DNA of 64,000 nt from an uncultured Actinomycetes bacterium. Lineage in GTDB: Bacteria; Actinomycetota; Thermoleophilia; Gaiellales; Gaiellaceae. The notes below the pieces were generated by a model, which searched no databases, was not told the DNA's origin, and saw only the letters and a list, made by a program, of their open reading frames with translations. The translations under genes were made by a program, and so were the position numbers. The DNA is taken from the NCBI GenBank assembly GCA_963772855.1, contig CAVYYY010000003.1, forward strand, positions 568,290 through 632,289. The letters are read 5' to 3'. Numbering within the stretch: the stretch's first letter is position 1; each line of letters starts with the position of its first letter. This document shows, in pieces, positions 41,602 through 50,843 of the stretch.

Positions 41602-44439
41602 GTGACGGACGTCGACGGACTCAACGCTGGCTTCGCGCGCGACCTGCTCGAGGACTATCTCGAGAACCCGGACGCCGTCCCGACCGAGTGGCGCCAGCTG
41701 TTCGAGAGCGGGGACAGCGACGTCGTCGCGACGCATCCCGGGCTCGTCCGGCTCCTCGAGCTCGCCGGCAACGGCCACACCGAGGCCCCCGTCGCGCCCG
41801 CGCCGCCCAGCCCGCCCGCGCCGGAGCCCGTCCCTGCGCCGCCGGCCGCGGAAGAGCGCCCCTCGGACGAACTGCTCGGTGCCGTCGCCGCGGCGATGGC
41901 ACTCGTGAAAGCGCATCGGATGCACGGGCATCTCGCCGCCCGGCTCGACCCGCTCGGGTCGGAGCCGCCGGGCGATCCCGCGCTCGAGCCCGAGCGGCTC
42001 ATCCCGAAGCTGACGCCCGAGCTGCAGGCGCAGGTTCCGGCCGGCGTCCTCAGGCTCTATGTCCCTGGTGAGACGCTCGCCGACGCCCTCCCGAAGCTGA
42101 GCGAGACGTACTGCGGGACGATCGCGTACGAGATCGAGCACATCGCCGAGCACGAGAAGCGCATGTGGCTGCGCCAGGCGATCGAATCGGGACGGTACCG
42201 CCAGCCTCTCACCGACGAGGAAAAGAAGAGTCTGCTCGGCCAGCTTTCCCGCGTCGAGGCGTTCGAGCAGTACCTCCGGCGCGCGTTCCTCGGCCAGAAG
42301 CAGTTCTCGATCGAGGGGCTCGACGTGATGGTGCCGATGCTCGACCAGACGATCGAGCTCGCCGCCGAGAACGGCGCACACGAGGTCGTGATCGGGATGG
42401 CCCATCGCGGCCGGCTCAACGTCCTCGCGCACACGCTCGGCCTGGGCTACGACTCGATTCTCCGGGAGTTCGAGGGTGAGCGCACGATCGAGGCGGTCGT
42501 CGCCACCGACGAAGGCGGCACCGGCGACGTGAAGTACCACCTCGGCGCGGAGGGGACACGTTCGACTCCGGCGGGCGAGATCACCGTCACGCTCGCTGCG
42601 AACCCGAGCCATCTCGAGGCGGTCGACCCCGTCGTCGAAGGCCGCGCGCGAGCCGAGCAGACCGACCGCTCGACCCGCTACGGCCTCCACGATCCGGCCG
42701 TTGCGCTGCCGATCCTCATCCATGGAGACGCGTCGTTCCCCGGCCAGGGCGAGGTCGCCGAAACCCTCAACCTCGCGGGGCTCGAGGGCTACTCGGTCGG
42801 CGGGACGCTCCACCTGATCGCGAACAACCAGGTCGGCTTCACGACCGATCCGAGCGAGGGGCGCTCGACGCGCTACTCGAGCGACCTCGCGAAGGGCTTC
42901 GACATTCCGATCGTCCACGTCAACGCCGACGATCCCGAGGCTGCGGTCTCAGCCGTCCGGCTCGCACTGGCGTACCGGCGCCGCTTCGAGAGCGACGTCG
43001 TCGTCGACCTCGTGGGCTACCGCCGCCACGGCCACAACGAGCAGGACGAGGCGGCCTACACGCAGCCGTTGATGGCGGTGCAGGTCGCCGAGCACCCGAC
43101 CGCCCGTCAGCTGTTCGCAGAGCGGCTGATCGCCGAGGGCGCCGTCACTCCCGAAGAGGCCGACGAGCTCGTTCGGGACGTCACCTCGGAGCTGAAACAG
43201 GCGCACGAGGCCCTGAAGGCGACGTTCGGGACGCCGCCGGCGCCGGAGGGAAAGATCCCGTTCTCGGTGGGCGGCGAGGTCGTGACCGCGGTCGCCGCCG
43301 ATGCCCTGCGATCGCTCAACGAGGAGCTTCTCCGCGTGCCCGACCACTTCACCGTGCATCCGAAGCTGAAGGGGCAGCTGGAGCGCCGCTTGCAGACGAT
43401 CGAGGACGGCGGGATCGACTGGGGACAGGCCGAGGCGCTCGCGTACGGCTCGCTTCTCACCGAGGGCATCCCGATCAGGCTCACGGGGCAGGACACACAG
43501 CGCGGGACCTTCTCCCACCGGCACGCCGTCCTCCACGACGCGCAGACAGGGGAAATCTTCACGCCGCTGCAGAATCTCGACGAGGCGACCGCATCGTTCG
43601 AGATCTACAACTCGCCGCTCTCCGAGTACGCGTGCCTCGGGTTCGAGTACGGCTACTCGGTCGCGGCGCCGGAGGCGCTCGTCCTCTGGGAGGCTCAGTT
43701 CGGCGACTTCGTCAACGGTGCGCAGATCGTGATCGACCAGTTCATCGTCGCCGGCCTCTCGAAGTGGCGCGAGACGACGCGGCTCACGCTGCTCCTGCCC
43801 CACGGCTACGAGGGCAACGGGCCCGAGCATTCCAGCGCGCGGCTGGAGCGGTTCCTCCAGCTCGCCGCGCAGGAGAACATCAGGGTCGCGAACCCTTCGA
43901 CGTCCGGCCAGTACTTCCACCTCCTCCGGCGGCAGGCGCTCGACGCTGCGGGGCGGCCGCTCGTCGTGATGACGCCGAAGGGGCTACTGCGCCTCAAGCA
44001 GGCCTCGACGACGCTGAGCGAGCTTGCGGAAGGCTCTTTCCAGAGCGTCATCGATGACCCGTCCGCCGGGCGGGACGAGGTGACGCGCCTGGTGCTCTGC
44101 TCCGGGAAGCTCTACTACGACATCGTCGGCCACGAAGCGCGGGCGGAGGCGCATAACGTCGCGGTCGCGCGGATCGAGCAGCTCTATCCCTTCCCGGTCG
44201 AGCCGTATGCGGCGCTCGTCGCCGGCTACCCGAACCTCCGCGAAGTCCGCTGGGCCCAGGAGGAGCCGCAGAACATGGGGGCGTGGCGGACGATCCGCCA
44301 CCGCCTCGAGGCTCCGCTCCTCGAGAAAGGGATTCCGCTCGCGTACACGGGCCGTCCGTGGCGGGCGAGCCCGAGTGAGGGCTATCCCACCGCGCACCTG
44401 CGGGAGCAGGACCGCATCGTGCGCGCCGCCTTGACCTAG
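41602..44439 (+). CDS. sucA: 2-oxoglutarate dehydrogenase E1 component
   Basis: Intact at 945 aa. N-terminus is NAGFARDLLEDYLENPDAVP, with the ThDP-binding regions (GMAHRGRLNVL, IHGDASFPGQG) and the C-terminal transketolase-like domain. Confidence 0.93.
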   Translation: MTDVDGLNAGFARDLLEDYLENPDAVPTEWRQLFESGDSDVVATHPGLVRLLELAGNGHTEAPVAPAPPSPPAPEPVPAPPAAEERPSDELLGAVAAAMALVKAHRMHGHLAARLDPLGSEPPGDPALEPERLIPKLTPELQAQVPAGVLRLYVPGETLADALPKLSETYCGTIAYEIEHIAEHEKRMWLRQAIESGRYRQPLTDEEKKSLLGQLSRVEAFEQYLRRAFLGQKQFSIEGLDVMVPMLDQTIELAAENGAHEVVIGMAHRGRLNVLAHTLGLGYDSILREFEGERTIEAVVATDEGGTGDVKYHLGAEGTRSTPAGEITVTLAANPSHLEAVDPVVEGRARAEQTDRSTRYGLHDPAVALPILIHGDASFPGQGEVAETLNLAGLEGYSVGGTLHLIANNQVGFTTDPSEGRSTRYSSDLAKGFDIPIVHVNADDPEAAVSAVRLALAYRRRFESDVVVDLVGYRRHGHNEQDEAAYTQPLMAVQVAEHPTARQLFAERLIAEGAVTPEEADELVRDVTSELKQAHEALKATFGTPPAPEGKIPFSVGGEVVTAVAADALRSLNEELLRVPDHFTVHPKLKGQLERRLQTIEDGGIDWGQAEALAYGSLLTEGIPIRLTGQDTQRGTFSHRHAVLHDAQTGEIFTPLQNLDEATASFEIYNSPLSEYACLGFEYGYSVAAPEALVLWEAQFGDFVNGAQIVIDQFIVAGLSKWRETTRLTLLLPHGYEGNGPEHSSARLERFLQLAAQENIRVANPSTSGQYFHLLRRQALDAAGRPLVVMTPKGLLRLKQASTTLSELAEGSFQSVIDDPSAGRDEVTRLVLCSGKLYYDIVGHEARAEAHNVAVARIEQLYPFPVEPYAALVAGYPNLREVRWAQEEPQNMGAWRTIRHRLEAPLLEKGIPLAYTGRPWRASPSEGYPTAHLREQDRIVRAALT

Positions 44440-44446
44440 CGGGCCG

Positions 44447-44644
44447 CTACGGCTTGGGCTTGTGGCGGGAGCGCATCCGCGAGCTCGCCTCGAGGACGCG
44501 CGCTGCCACTTTCGGCCCGTGGATGCGGGCGATGTTGAGCACCTGCTTGCGCTGCGCGGGTGGCAGTCGGCGCCAGATGTCCCAGGCGGTGAGGGCGATT
44601 CCGAGCGGCCCAAGACGTCGACTCGGCCTCAGCACGGCCGCCAT
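44447..44644 (-). CDS. hypothetical small basic protein
   Basis: 65-aa ORF, co-directional with and 13 nt downstream of the Pro-rich gene. No family recognised. Confidence 0.35.
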   Translation of the reverse strand: MAAVLRPSRRLGPLGIALTAWDIWRRLPPAQRKQVLNIARIHGPKVAARVLEASSRMRSRHKPKP

Positions 44645-44657
44645 CCTCGCACAGGGC

Positions 44658-45437
44658 TCAGGGCTTTTGCTTCGTGCCCTTGTCCGGGAGGGGCTGCTGC
44701 GGCGCGGCCGGCATTGACGAGGTCGTCGGGGGAGTCGTCGGCGCCGCGGGTGGCGTGGTGGGGGGAGCCGCAGGCGTCGAAGGCGCCGAGGACTGCGCGT
44801 TCGGCTTCCCGCTGTTGTCGCACGGCGGCGGCGGAGGGATGATGCCGCGCTTGACTGCGTGCGTGATCTTGTCCTCGATCCGCTGCTTGATCGTCTTCTT
44901 CGGGTGATCGGGGTCAGGCTCGGGCTCCGGCTCGGGCTCAGGGGTGGGATCGACCGGAGGCTGAGGCTGCGAGGGGGGTGGCGACGAGGCGAGGTCGCGA
45001 GTGCTGGTGCTGGGCGTCGGGGCCGGGCTCGGAGCAGGGGTGGGAGTGGGCGTCGGTGAGGGACTGGGCGAGGGCTGAGGCGTCGGCGCGGGAGCCGGCT
45101 TCGGGCGTGGGGACTTGCCCGCTCCGGCGGGCTTGAAGACGGCGTTGCCGCCGGCAGCCAAGGCCGAGCCGCCGGAGGCGCCGGCGTGGACGGCCGCTAG
45201 GCTTGCCGCACGTGCGATTTGACGCTCCCGAGCAGCCGCAGCAAGCCGGTCGAGGCCGGCCCTGTCAGCTCCGGACCGTGCAGGGGCACGCACGGAGCGC
45301 TCCAGCGATGATGGCGGGGCGGTCAGGCCACGGCCGGGGCCCTGATCGGAGTCGAACAGGGTCGGTAGACCCATCGCCGTGGAAATTGCTCCCGTCATCA
45401 GCGCGGCGGCTAGGACGCGCGCGCACATTTCCCTCAT
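44658..45437 (-). CDS. secreted proline/threonine-rich low-complexity protein
   Basis: 259-aa ORF with a signal-like N-terminus (ARVLAAALMTGAIS). It has long PxP/PT/PEPEPEP tracts and one short ordered island (KKTIKQRIEDKITHAVKRGII). Confidence 0.55.
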   Translation of the reverse strand: MREMCARVLAAALMTGAISTAMGLPTLFDSDQGPGRGLTAPPSSLERSVRAPARSGADRAGLDRLAAAARERQIARAASLAAVHAGASGGSALAAGGNAVFKPAGAGKSPRPKPAPAPTPQPSPSPSPTPTPTPAPSPAPTPSTSTRDLASSPPPSQPQPPVDPTPEPEPEPEPDPDHPKKTIKQRIEDKITHAVKRGIIPPPPPCDNSGKPNAQSSAPSTPAAPPTTPPAAPTTPPTTSSMPAAPQQPLPDKGTKQKP

Positions 45438-45511
45438 GGAACTCCCCTGATTGCCGATACCTGGATCAAGGGATGTATCGGCAGTAGGCCGGGAGGACTT
45501 GAAGGGAAGCC

Positions 45512-47284
45512 GTGGGTAGTTTCAAGGTCAAGCTCGTTGTCTACTTTCTGCTGCTCTCGCTCTTGCCCCTCGCAGCCGCGTTCTGGGGCTTCTCGACGGT
45601 TGCCAACCGTAGCGAGACTCGGCGGGTTGATGCACGACTACAGGCGGGTCTCCGTGCGACGCTGGCCACGTATCAAGAGCAACTAGGGGCCGCCGACCAG
45701 GCTGCTGCCCGGCTCGCGCGAAATCCCTCGTTCCAGCGAGCGCTCTTCCGACACGACCGACGCGCGCTCGAGGCGATGCTCCGCACGAGGCCCAATCTGT
45801 CCGTGGAGGGCACCGACGGTTTCCGGGTCGGACGCAGGCCGCAAACGGCGGCCGTCCGGCAGGTCGCGGTGGTCGGGCCGAAGGGCAGCACCCAGGGGGC
45901 CGTGATTGCCTCGGTTCCCCTCGACGGCGCGCTCGTCCGGCGCCTCGAGAACCGCTCGGGTCTCCAGAAGAAGGACAACGTCATCCTGGTCGAGGGCGGA
46001 CGCATCGTCGCCGGGCCGCCCGGCGTGCGAGGCCCGTTCAGCGTCCTGACCGGGAAGACCCGGACGGTGCCGATCGCCGGCACCCGTTACCGCGTGTTGG
46101 TGGCCGACACGCTGGAGCGGCGCCGCGCCGCAACCCTCGGCGTCATCACTCCGCAGGCGCAGATCGACGCGGCCAATCGCGCCGCGACGACCCGCCTGCT
46201 CGTCGGGCTCATCGCCTCGCTCCTCCTCGTGGCCTGCGTCGCCTACATCGAGGGCCGCGCGATCGTGCGCACGATCCGCCGCCTCGTCGACGCCGCCCGG
46301 GCGATCGCGCGCGGCGACCTCAAGCAGCGCGTTCCAGTCCAGGGTCGCGACGAGCTCGCTCTCCTGGGCCGAACGTTCAACCAGATGGCCTACCAGCTGC
46401 AGACGAGGCTCGACGAGCTCGAAGCCGAGCGTGGCCGCCTGCGCGACGTCATCTCCCGGTTCGGTGAGGCCCTGGGGGCCACACACGACGCCGACCAGCT
46501 GATGCGTCTCGTGGTCGAGGCGACGATCGAGGCGACCGGCGCGTCCGGCGGAGTCCTCGTCGGCACGACGGGGAAGCTCGTGAAGGCCGGCTATCCGGAC
46601 AAGGGCGGAGAGCGCATCGAGGTGCCGCTCCAGGCCGGGACGACGAACTTCGGTTCACTGATCCTGTTCGGCGACCACTTCGAGGAGGAGGACCGGATGA
46701 CGGCCGTGTCGCTTGCCTCCCAGGCGGTCGTGGCGCTGGACAACGCCCGCCTGCACCGCATCGTCGAGCGGCAGGCTCTCGTCGACGGCCTTACCGGCCT
46801 TCCGAACCGGCGTCAGTGCGAGGAGACGCTCGCCGACGAGCTCGCCCGCGTCGAGCGCTTCGGCGGCCCGCTCGCTGTCGTCGTGGCCGACCTCGACTGG
46901 TTCAAGGACGTCAACGACCGCTACGGCCATCCCTCGGGCGACGCGGTGCTGCGCGAGTTCGCGGCCCTGCTCCAGGACACCGTCCGGGACGTCGACCTCG
47001 CAGGCCGCTGGGGCGGAGAGGAATTCCTCCTCGTCCTGCCCGGCACCGACCTCACGGGCGGTGCGCAGGTGGCCGAGCGGATCCGGGTCGCCCTCGCGGG
47101 ACGGATCGTCCTGTCGGCCTCCGGGACCCCGATGCCGGTCACGGCGAGCTTCGGCGTGGCAGCGACGCCGCCGGCGAGCACCGCCTCCGAGCTCTTCGCG
47201 GCGGCAGACGCGGCCCTCTACGAGGCGAAGCGGAGCGGGAAGAACCGGGTTCAGACCGCCGCCGCGCCCGTCACGCATCCGTAA
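45512..47284 (+). CDS. sensor diguanylate cyclase (2TM periplasmic sensor - HAMP - GAF - GGDEF)
   Basis: Intact at 590 aa. HAMP is LKQRVPVQGRDELALLGRTFNQMAYQL. The GGDEF domain includes DGLTGLPNRR and the active site RWGGEEF, with an RDVD I-site 5 residues upstream. Confidence 0.9.
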   Translation: MGSFKVKLVVYFLLLSLLPLAAAFWGFSTVANRSETRRVDARLQAGLRATLATYQEQLGAADQAAARLARNPSFQRALFRHDRRALEAMLRTRPNLSVEGTDGFRVGRRPQTAAVRQVAVVGPKGSTQGAVIASVPLDGALVRRLENRSGLQKKDNVILVEGGRIVAGPPGVRGPFSVLTGKTRTVPIAGTRYRVLVADTLERRRAATLGVITPQAQIDAANRAATTRLLVGLIASLLLVACVAYIEGRAIVRTIRRLVDAARAIARGDLKQRVPVQGRDELALLGRTFNQMAYQLQTRLDELEAERGRLRDVISRFGEALGATHDADQLMRLVVEATIEATGASGGVLVGTTGKLVKAGYPDKGGERIEVPLQAGTTNFGSLILFGDHFEEEDRMTAVSLASQAVVALDNARLHRIVERQALVDGLTGLPNRRQCEETLADELARVERFGGPLAVVVADLDWFKDVNDRYGHPSGDAVLREFAALLQDTVRDVDLAGRWGGEEFLLVLPGTDLTGGAQVAERIRVALAGRIVLSASGTPMPVTASFGVAATPPASTASELFAAADAALYEAKRSGKNRVQTAAAPVTHP

Positions 47285-47372
47285 CGGTCCCTACACTCCG
47301 GCTGTGGAAAAGTCCGCCGCGGGATAAAATCCTCCCGCACGGCAGCACATCGCCCCCCACACAGGAGACTCC

Positions 47373-47690
47373 ATGCCGGTTGAGACCCCGTCGATCTTCG
47401 CGAAGGTCATCCAGGACCACCTCGAGTTGAAGGAGCGGAACTCGAAGCTCGAGGACACCATGCCCATCGGCCACTACGTGGCGAGCGATCCGTTCGACAA
47501 CCATCCCCTCTTCAAGACGGAGGAGCAAGCCCGCATCGAAGAGACGATGGACGGCACCCAGCCGGCGGTTGTCGAGACGGCCGCGCTCGCGTGGCCGGGC
47601 GAGGAGACGGTGGAGCGCGTGGACGGCGACTCGTCGGAGGAGAACGGCGACCTCTGGGGCAAGAGCCGCGACTTCGACTGGGGCGACTGA
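47373..47690 (+). CDS. hypothetical acidic 105-aa protein
   Basis: ATG preceded by AGGAGA at 5 nt. The composition is coding-like and no family is recognised. Confidence 0.55.
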   Translation: MPVETPSIFAKVIQDHLELKERNSKLEDTMPIGHYVASDPFDNHPLFKTEEQARIEETMDGTQPAVVETAALAWPGEETVERVDGDSSEENGDLWGKSRDFDWGD

Positions 47691-47733
47691 CGCCGCGTTA
47701 GGCTAGGCCTTCCGACACGACCGGGAGGCTGAG

Positions 47734-47928
47734 ATGAAGAAACTCCTGCTGGGATTCGGCCTTGCGGCCGGAGTCGCGTACGGCGTGAACCGCTGGCTCG
47801 CCGCGCCGCAGCCGCATCCGTCCTGGGAAGAGACGGACAACGACCCGGAGGACCTCAGCTCCGATCTCGCCCAGCGGGCCCGGGAGGCCGAGGGAGCTCA
47901 GGCGGCCGAGGAGACCCCGATCACCTGA
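47734..47928 (+). CDS. hypothetical 64-aa membrane-anchored acidic protein
   Basis: ATG preceded by GGGAGG. It has an N-terminal hydrophobic helix (KKLLLGFGLAAGVAYGV). I prefer it over the overlapping antisense ORF 47698..48042. Confidence 0.5.
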   Translation: MKKLLLGFGLAAGVAYGVNRWLAAPQPHPSWEETDNDPEDLSSDLAQRAREAEGAQAAEETPIT

Positions 47929-48158
47929 GCGGGCCGGGACGACCTCCAGGTCGTCGACGAAGGCCTCGAAAAGCGCCTCGCGCTCCGGGATTGCCGCGGA
48001 TCCGCCGAACGGGTGATGCGCCGCGAGGCCGTGGGCTCTCATCGCACGTCCGAGGAACCCTCAAACGGGGGATTCCAGGGGCCCTTCCGTCCGTTTTGCT
48101 GTGTTTTCGGCTCTAGAAGGGGGATCCCACTGCGGCCGGAAACTCCAACCTCGACCCC

Positions 48159-50843
48159 ATGAGCGACCACGCACTACCCCTGCGACTCGTCCTGGACGCC
48201 GCGGCGCCCTCACCCGCGCCGGAGCCCACGGCGCTCGTCGAGTCGTACCGTCGGCTCGCGGACGTCTTCCACGACGTCCTCGCGGAGCAGAGCCTCGACG
48301 CGCTCCTCGACCGGATCGCGAATGCGCTCGCCGACCTCGTTCCTCACGACTCGTTGACCATCTACGAGGCGGACGAGCCGCTGCGGATGCTGAGCGCGGT
48401 CTGGGCGCGCGACAAGTGGGCGGACAAGATCCTCGCCGACAAGTGCCCGTTCGGCGCTGGGCTGACGGGCTGGGGAGTCGAGCATCGGGAGCCCGTGCGC
48501 GCGAACAAGGCGCACCTCGACCCGCGCACTGAGACCGTCGCCGGCACGCCGGACGACGAGCCCGAGGCGCTGATCACGATCCCGTTGATCGCGCGCGGCT
48601 CGATCAAGGGTGCGCTGAACATCTACCGGCTCGGCGAGGAAGCGTCCTTCGACGACGACGAGTTCGAGCTTGCGAAGCGGTTCGGCGATGCGGCCGCGCT
48701 CGCGCTCGACAACGCGCAGATCCGTGCGCGCCTCGAGCACCAGGCGCAGACCGATCCTCTCACCGGCCTCTACAACCACCGGGCGTTCCACGAGCACCTC
48801 CGTCGAGCGCTGGCGAGCGCGAGCCGTTCGCACGAATCCGTGAGCGTCCTCATGCTCGACATCGACGACTTCAAGCGCGTGAACGACGTCTACGGCCACG
48901 GCTCCGGCGACGAGATCCTCCGCAGCCTCGCGGAGACCCTGAAGCAGGCGGTCCGCGCATCCGACGTCGTCTACCGCCTCGGCGGTGAGGAGTTTGCGAT
49001 CGTGATCGCGTCCCACACACCCGAGAGCGCGGAGCGCCTGGCCGACCGCCTGGTCGAACGGGTCGAGCGCGCGGCGTTCGATCCCGCGGGGAGGATCACG
49101 ATCTCTGTCGGGCTGGCCCGCGGGCCGGAGCACGCGATGAACCCGCGCGAGCTCATCGCCTGCGCGGAGGCCGCGATGATGACTGCGAAGACGCGCGGCA
49201 AGAATCAGATCGTCCTCTACGACGAGAGCTCCCTCGAGCGCCCGAGTGGCGACCTGATGCCGTCGACGCGCGACGTCCGCTCGGTCGCGCACCTCAAGAT
49301 GCTCCAGAGCCTCGGCGGAAAGATCAACCGCATCAACGACGTGCGCCAGATCGGCCACGTGATCGCTGCGGAGCTGCGCTCGCTCATCGACTACCACAAT
49401 TGCCGCGTCTCGCTCGTCCAGGGCGACGACGTCATCCCGATCGCGTTCGTCGGCCAGTTCACGAGCGAGACTCAGGAGCCGCTCGAGATCCTTGCGTGCA
49501 AGGTGGGGCAGGGAATCACCGGCCGTGTCGCCGAGACCGGCGAGTCGCTGCTGATCCCCGACGCGGCGAACTGCGAGTTCGCGCGCATCCTGCCCGGGAC
49601 CGACGCGATCGACGAGTCCCAGGTCGTGGTGCCGCTGAGGTACGGCACCCGTGTGGTCGGCGTGATCGTGATCTCCAAGCTCGGGCTCGACCAGTTCGAC
49701 GAGGACGACGTCCGCCTGCTCGAGGTGCTCGCCGGCCATGCAGCCGTCGCGCTCGAGAACGCGTCGCTCTACGAGGCCGCGCGCAAGGAGGCCGAGCGCG
49801 CGACCGCGCTGCTCGAGTTCAGCCGAGAGCTCTCCTCGGCAGACGGGATGGACGAGGTCGTGGCGCGCATCGTCCAGCTGTCGGCCAGGACGCTCGGCTG
49901 TCCCCGCGTCTCCGTCTGGTTCCAGGACGCCGCGGGTGACGAGATCTCCGTCCGTGCGACACACGGGTACTCCAGCGCCGAGCGGGAGGATCTCTCCCGG
50001 ATGCGTTTCGACCATGTCGCCGCCGCGGAGTTCCTCGCATGCAAAGAAGCGTTCGTCGTCGACGAGGACCAATACCGCACGATCATGGGCAGCTACGAGT
50101 TCGGTGAGTTCAAGCCGTTCGGAATCGCGCCGCTCACCCTCGATGGCGGCCGTCTCGGCTGCATCGTGGTCGCGCCGCCCGAGGACGGCGAGTTCACGCA
50201 GCTCCATCTCCGGCTCCTCGCCGGCATCGCGCACCAGGCGCGGCTCGCCCTCACGAACGCCGGAAACTTCACCAGCCTCGAGAAGACGTTCATCGAGACC
50301 GTCGAGGCGTTGGCGAACGCGCTCGAGGCGAACGACGAGTACACGTCGTCACACGCTCGCTGGATCACGGACCTCTCGCTCAAGGTCGGCCAGGGGCTCG
50401 GGCTCGACATGCGCGCGCTGAAGCGACTCGAGCTCGGGGCGCTCTTCCACGACATCGGGAAGATCGGGATTCCCGAGACGATCCTGTCGAAGCCCGGCCC
50501 GCTCAGCGACGAAGAGCGCAAGATCGTCGAGAAGCATCCGGAGCTGGGGGAGAAGATCATCGCTCCGATCGACCGGCTCGAGGACGTGCGGCCGATCGTC
50601 AGGCACTGTCACGAGCGCTACGACGGCGCCGGCTATCCGGACGGGCTCTCCGGCGATGCGATCCCGATCGAGTCGCGGATCATCCTCGTCTGCGACGCGT
50701 TCCACGCGATGACCACGGACCGGCCCTATCGCCGCCGCCTTCCGGTCGAGGAGGCCGTGCGCCGGCTCGAGGAGGGCGCAGGCACCCAGTTCGACCCGCA
50801 CGCGGTCGAGGTCTGCGTGCGGCTGCTCGCCGAGCTCGCCTAG
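48159..50843 (+). CDS. multidomain c-di-GMP enzyme: GAF - GGDEF - GAF - GAF - HD-GYP
   Basis: Intact at 894 aa. The GGDEF domain has DPLTGLYNHR and RLGGEEF with an RASD I-site. The HD-GYP domain has SSHARW, LFHDIGKIGIP, HPELG, HCHERYDGAGYPDGL and CDAFHAMTTDRPYR. Confidence 0.9.
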   Translation: MSDHALPLRLVLDAAAPSPAPEPTALVESYRRLADVFHDVLAEQSLDALLDRIANALADLVPHDSLTIYEADEPLRMLSAVWARDKWADKILADKCPFGAGLTGWGVEHREPVRANKAHLDPRTETVAGTPDDEPEALITIPLIARGSIKGALNIYRLGEEASFDDDEFELAKRFGDAAALALDNAQIRARLEHQAQTDPLTGLYNHRAFHEHLRRALASASRSHESVSVLMLDIDDFKRVNDVYGHGSGDEILRSLAETLKQAVRASDVVYRLGGEEFAIVIASHTPESAERLADRLVERVERAAFDPAGRITISVGLARGPEHAMNPRELIACAEAAMMTAKTRGKNQIVLYDESSLERPSGDLMPSTRDVRSVAHLKMLQSLGGKINRINDVRQIGHVIAAELRSLIDYHNCRVSLVQGDDVIPIAFVGQFTSETQEPLEILACKVGQGITGRVAETGESLLIPDAANCEFARILPGTDAIDESQVVVPLRYGTRVVGVIVISKLGLDQFDEDDVRLLEVLAGHAAVALENASLYEAARKEAERATALLEFSRELSSADGMDEVVARIVQLSARTLGCPRVSVWFQDAAGDEISVRATHGYSSAEREDLSRMRFDHVAAAEFLACKEAFVVDEDQYRTIMGSYEFGEFKPFGIAPLTLDGGRLGCIVVAPPEDGEFTQLHLRLLAGIAHQARLALTNAGNFTSLEKTFIETVEALANALEANDEYTSSHARWITDLSLKVGQGLGLDMRALKRLELGALFHDIGKIGIPETILSKPGPLSDEERKIVEKHPELGEKIIAPIDRLEDVRPIVRHCHERYDGAGYPDGLSGDAIPIESRIILVCDAFHAMTTDRPYRRRLPVEEAVRRLEEGAGTQFDPHAVEVCVRLLAELA

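Noticed and set aside
41542-42918. 458-aa minus-strand ORF
   Set aside because: It is antisense to the intact sucA gene.
44900-45110. Short tandem DNA repeats (ggctcgggctc..., PT-coding repeats) considered as a possible CRISPR array or other spaced-repeat array
   Set aside because: The repeats are contiguous, 6-9 bp, in-frame and encode Pro-rich low-complexity protein. There are no spacers and no repeats of CRISPR length.
47698-48042. 114-aa minus-strand ORF overlapping the 64-aa plus-strand ORF
   Set aside because: It has no ribosome-binding site and no recognisable features. The plus-strand ORF has a GGGAGG Shine-Dalgarno and a plausible membrane anchor.
48210-50234. 674-aa minus-strand ORF
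   Set aside because: It is antisense to the intact GAF-GGDEF-GAF-HD-GYP gene, has no recognisable motifs, and has Arg/Asp/Val-rich off-frame composition.
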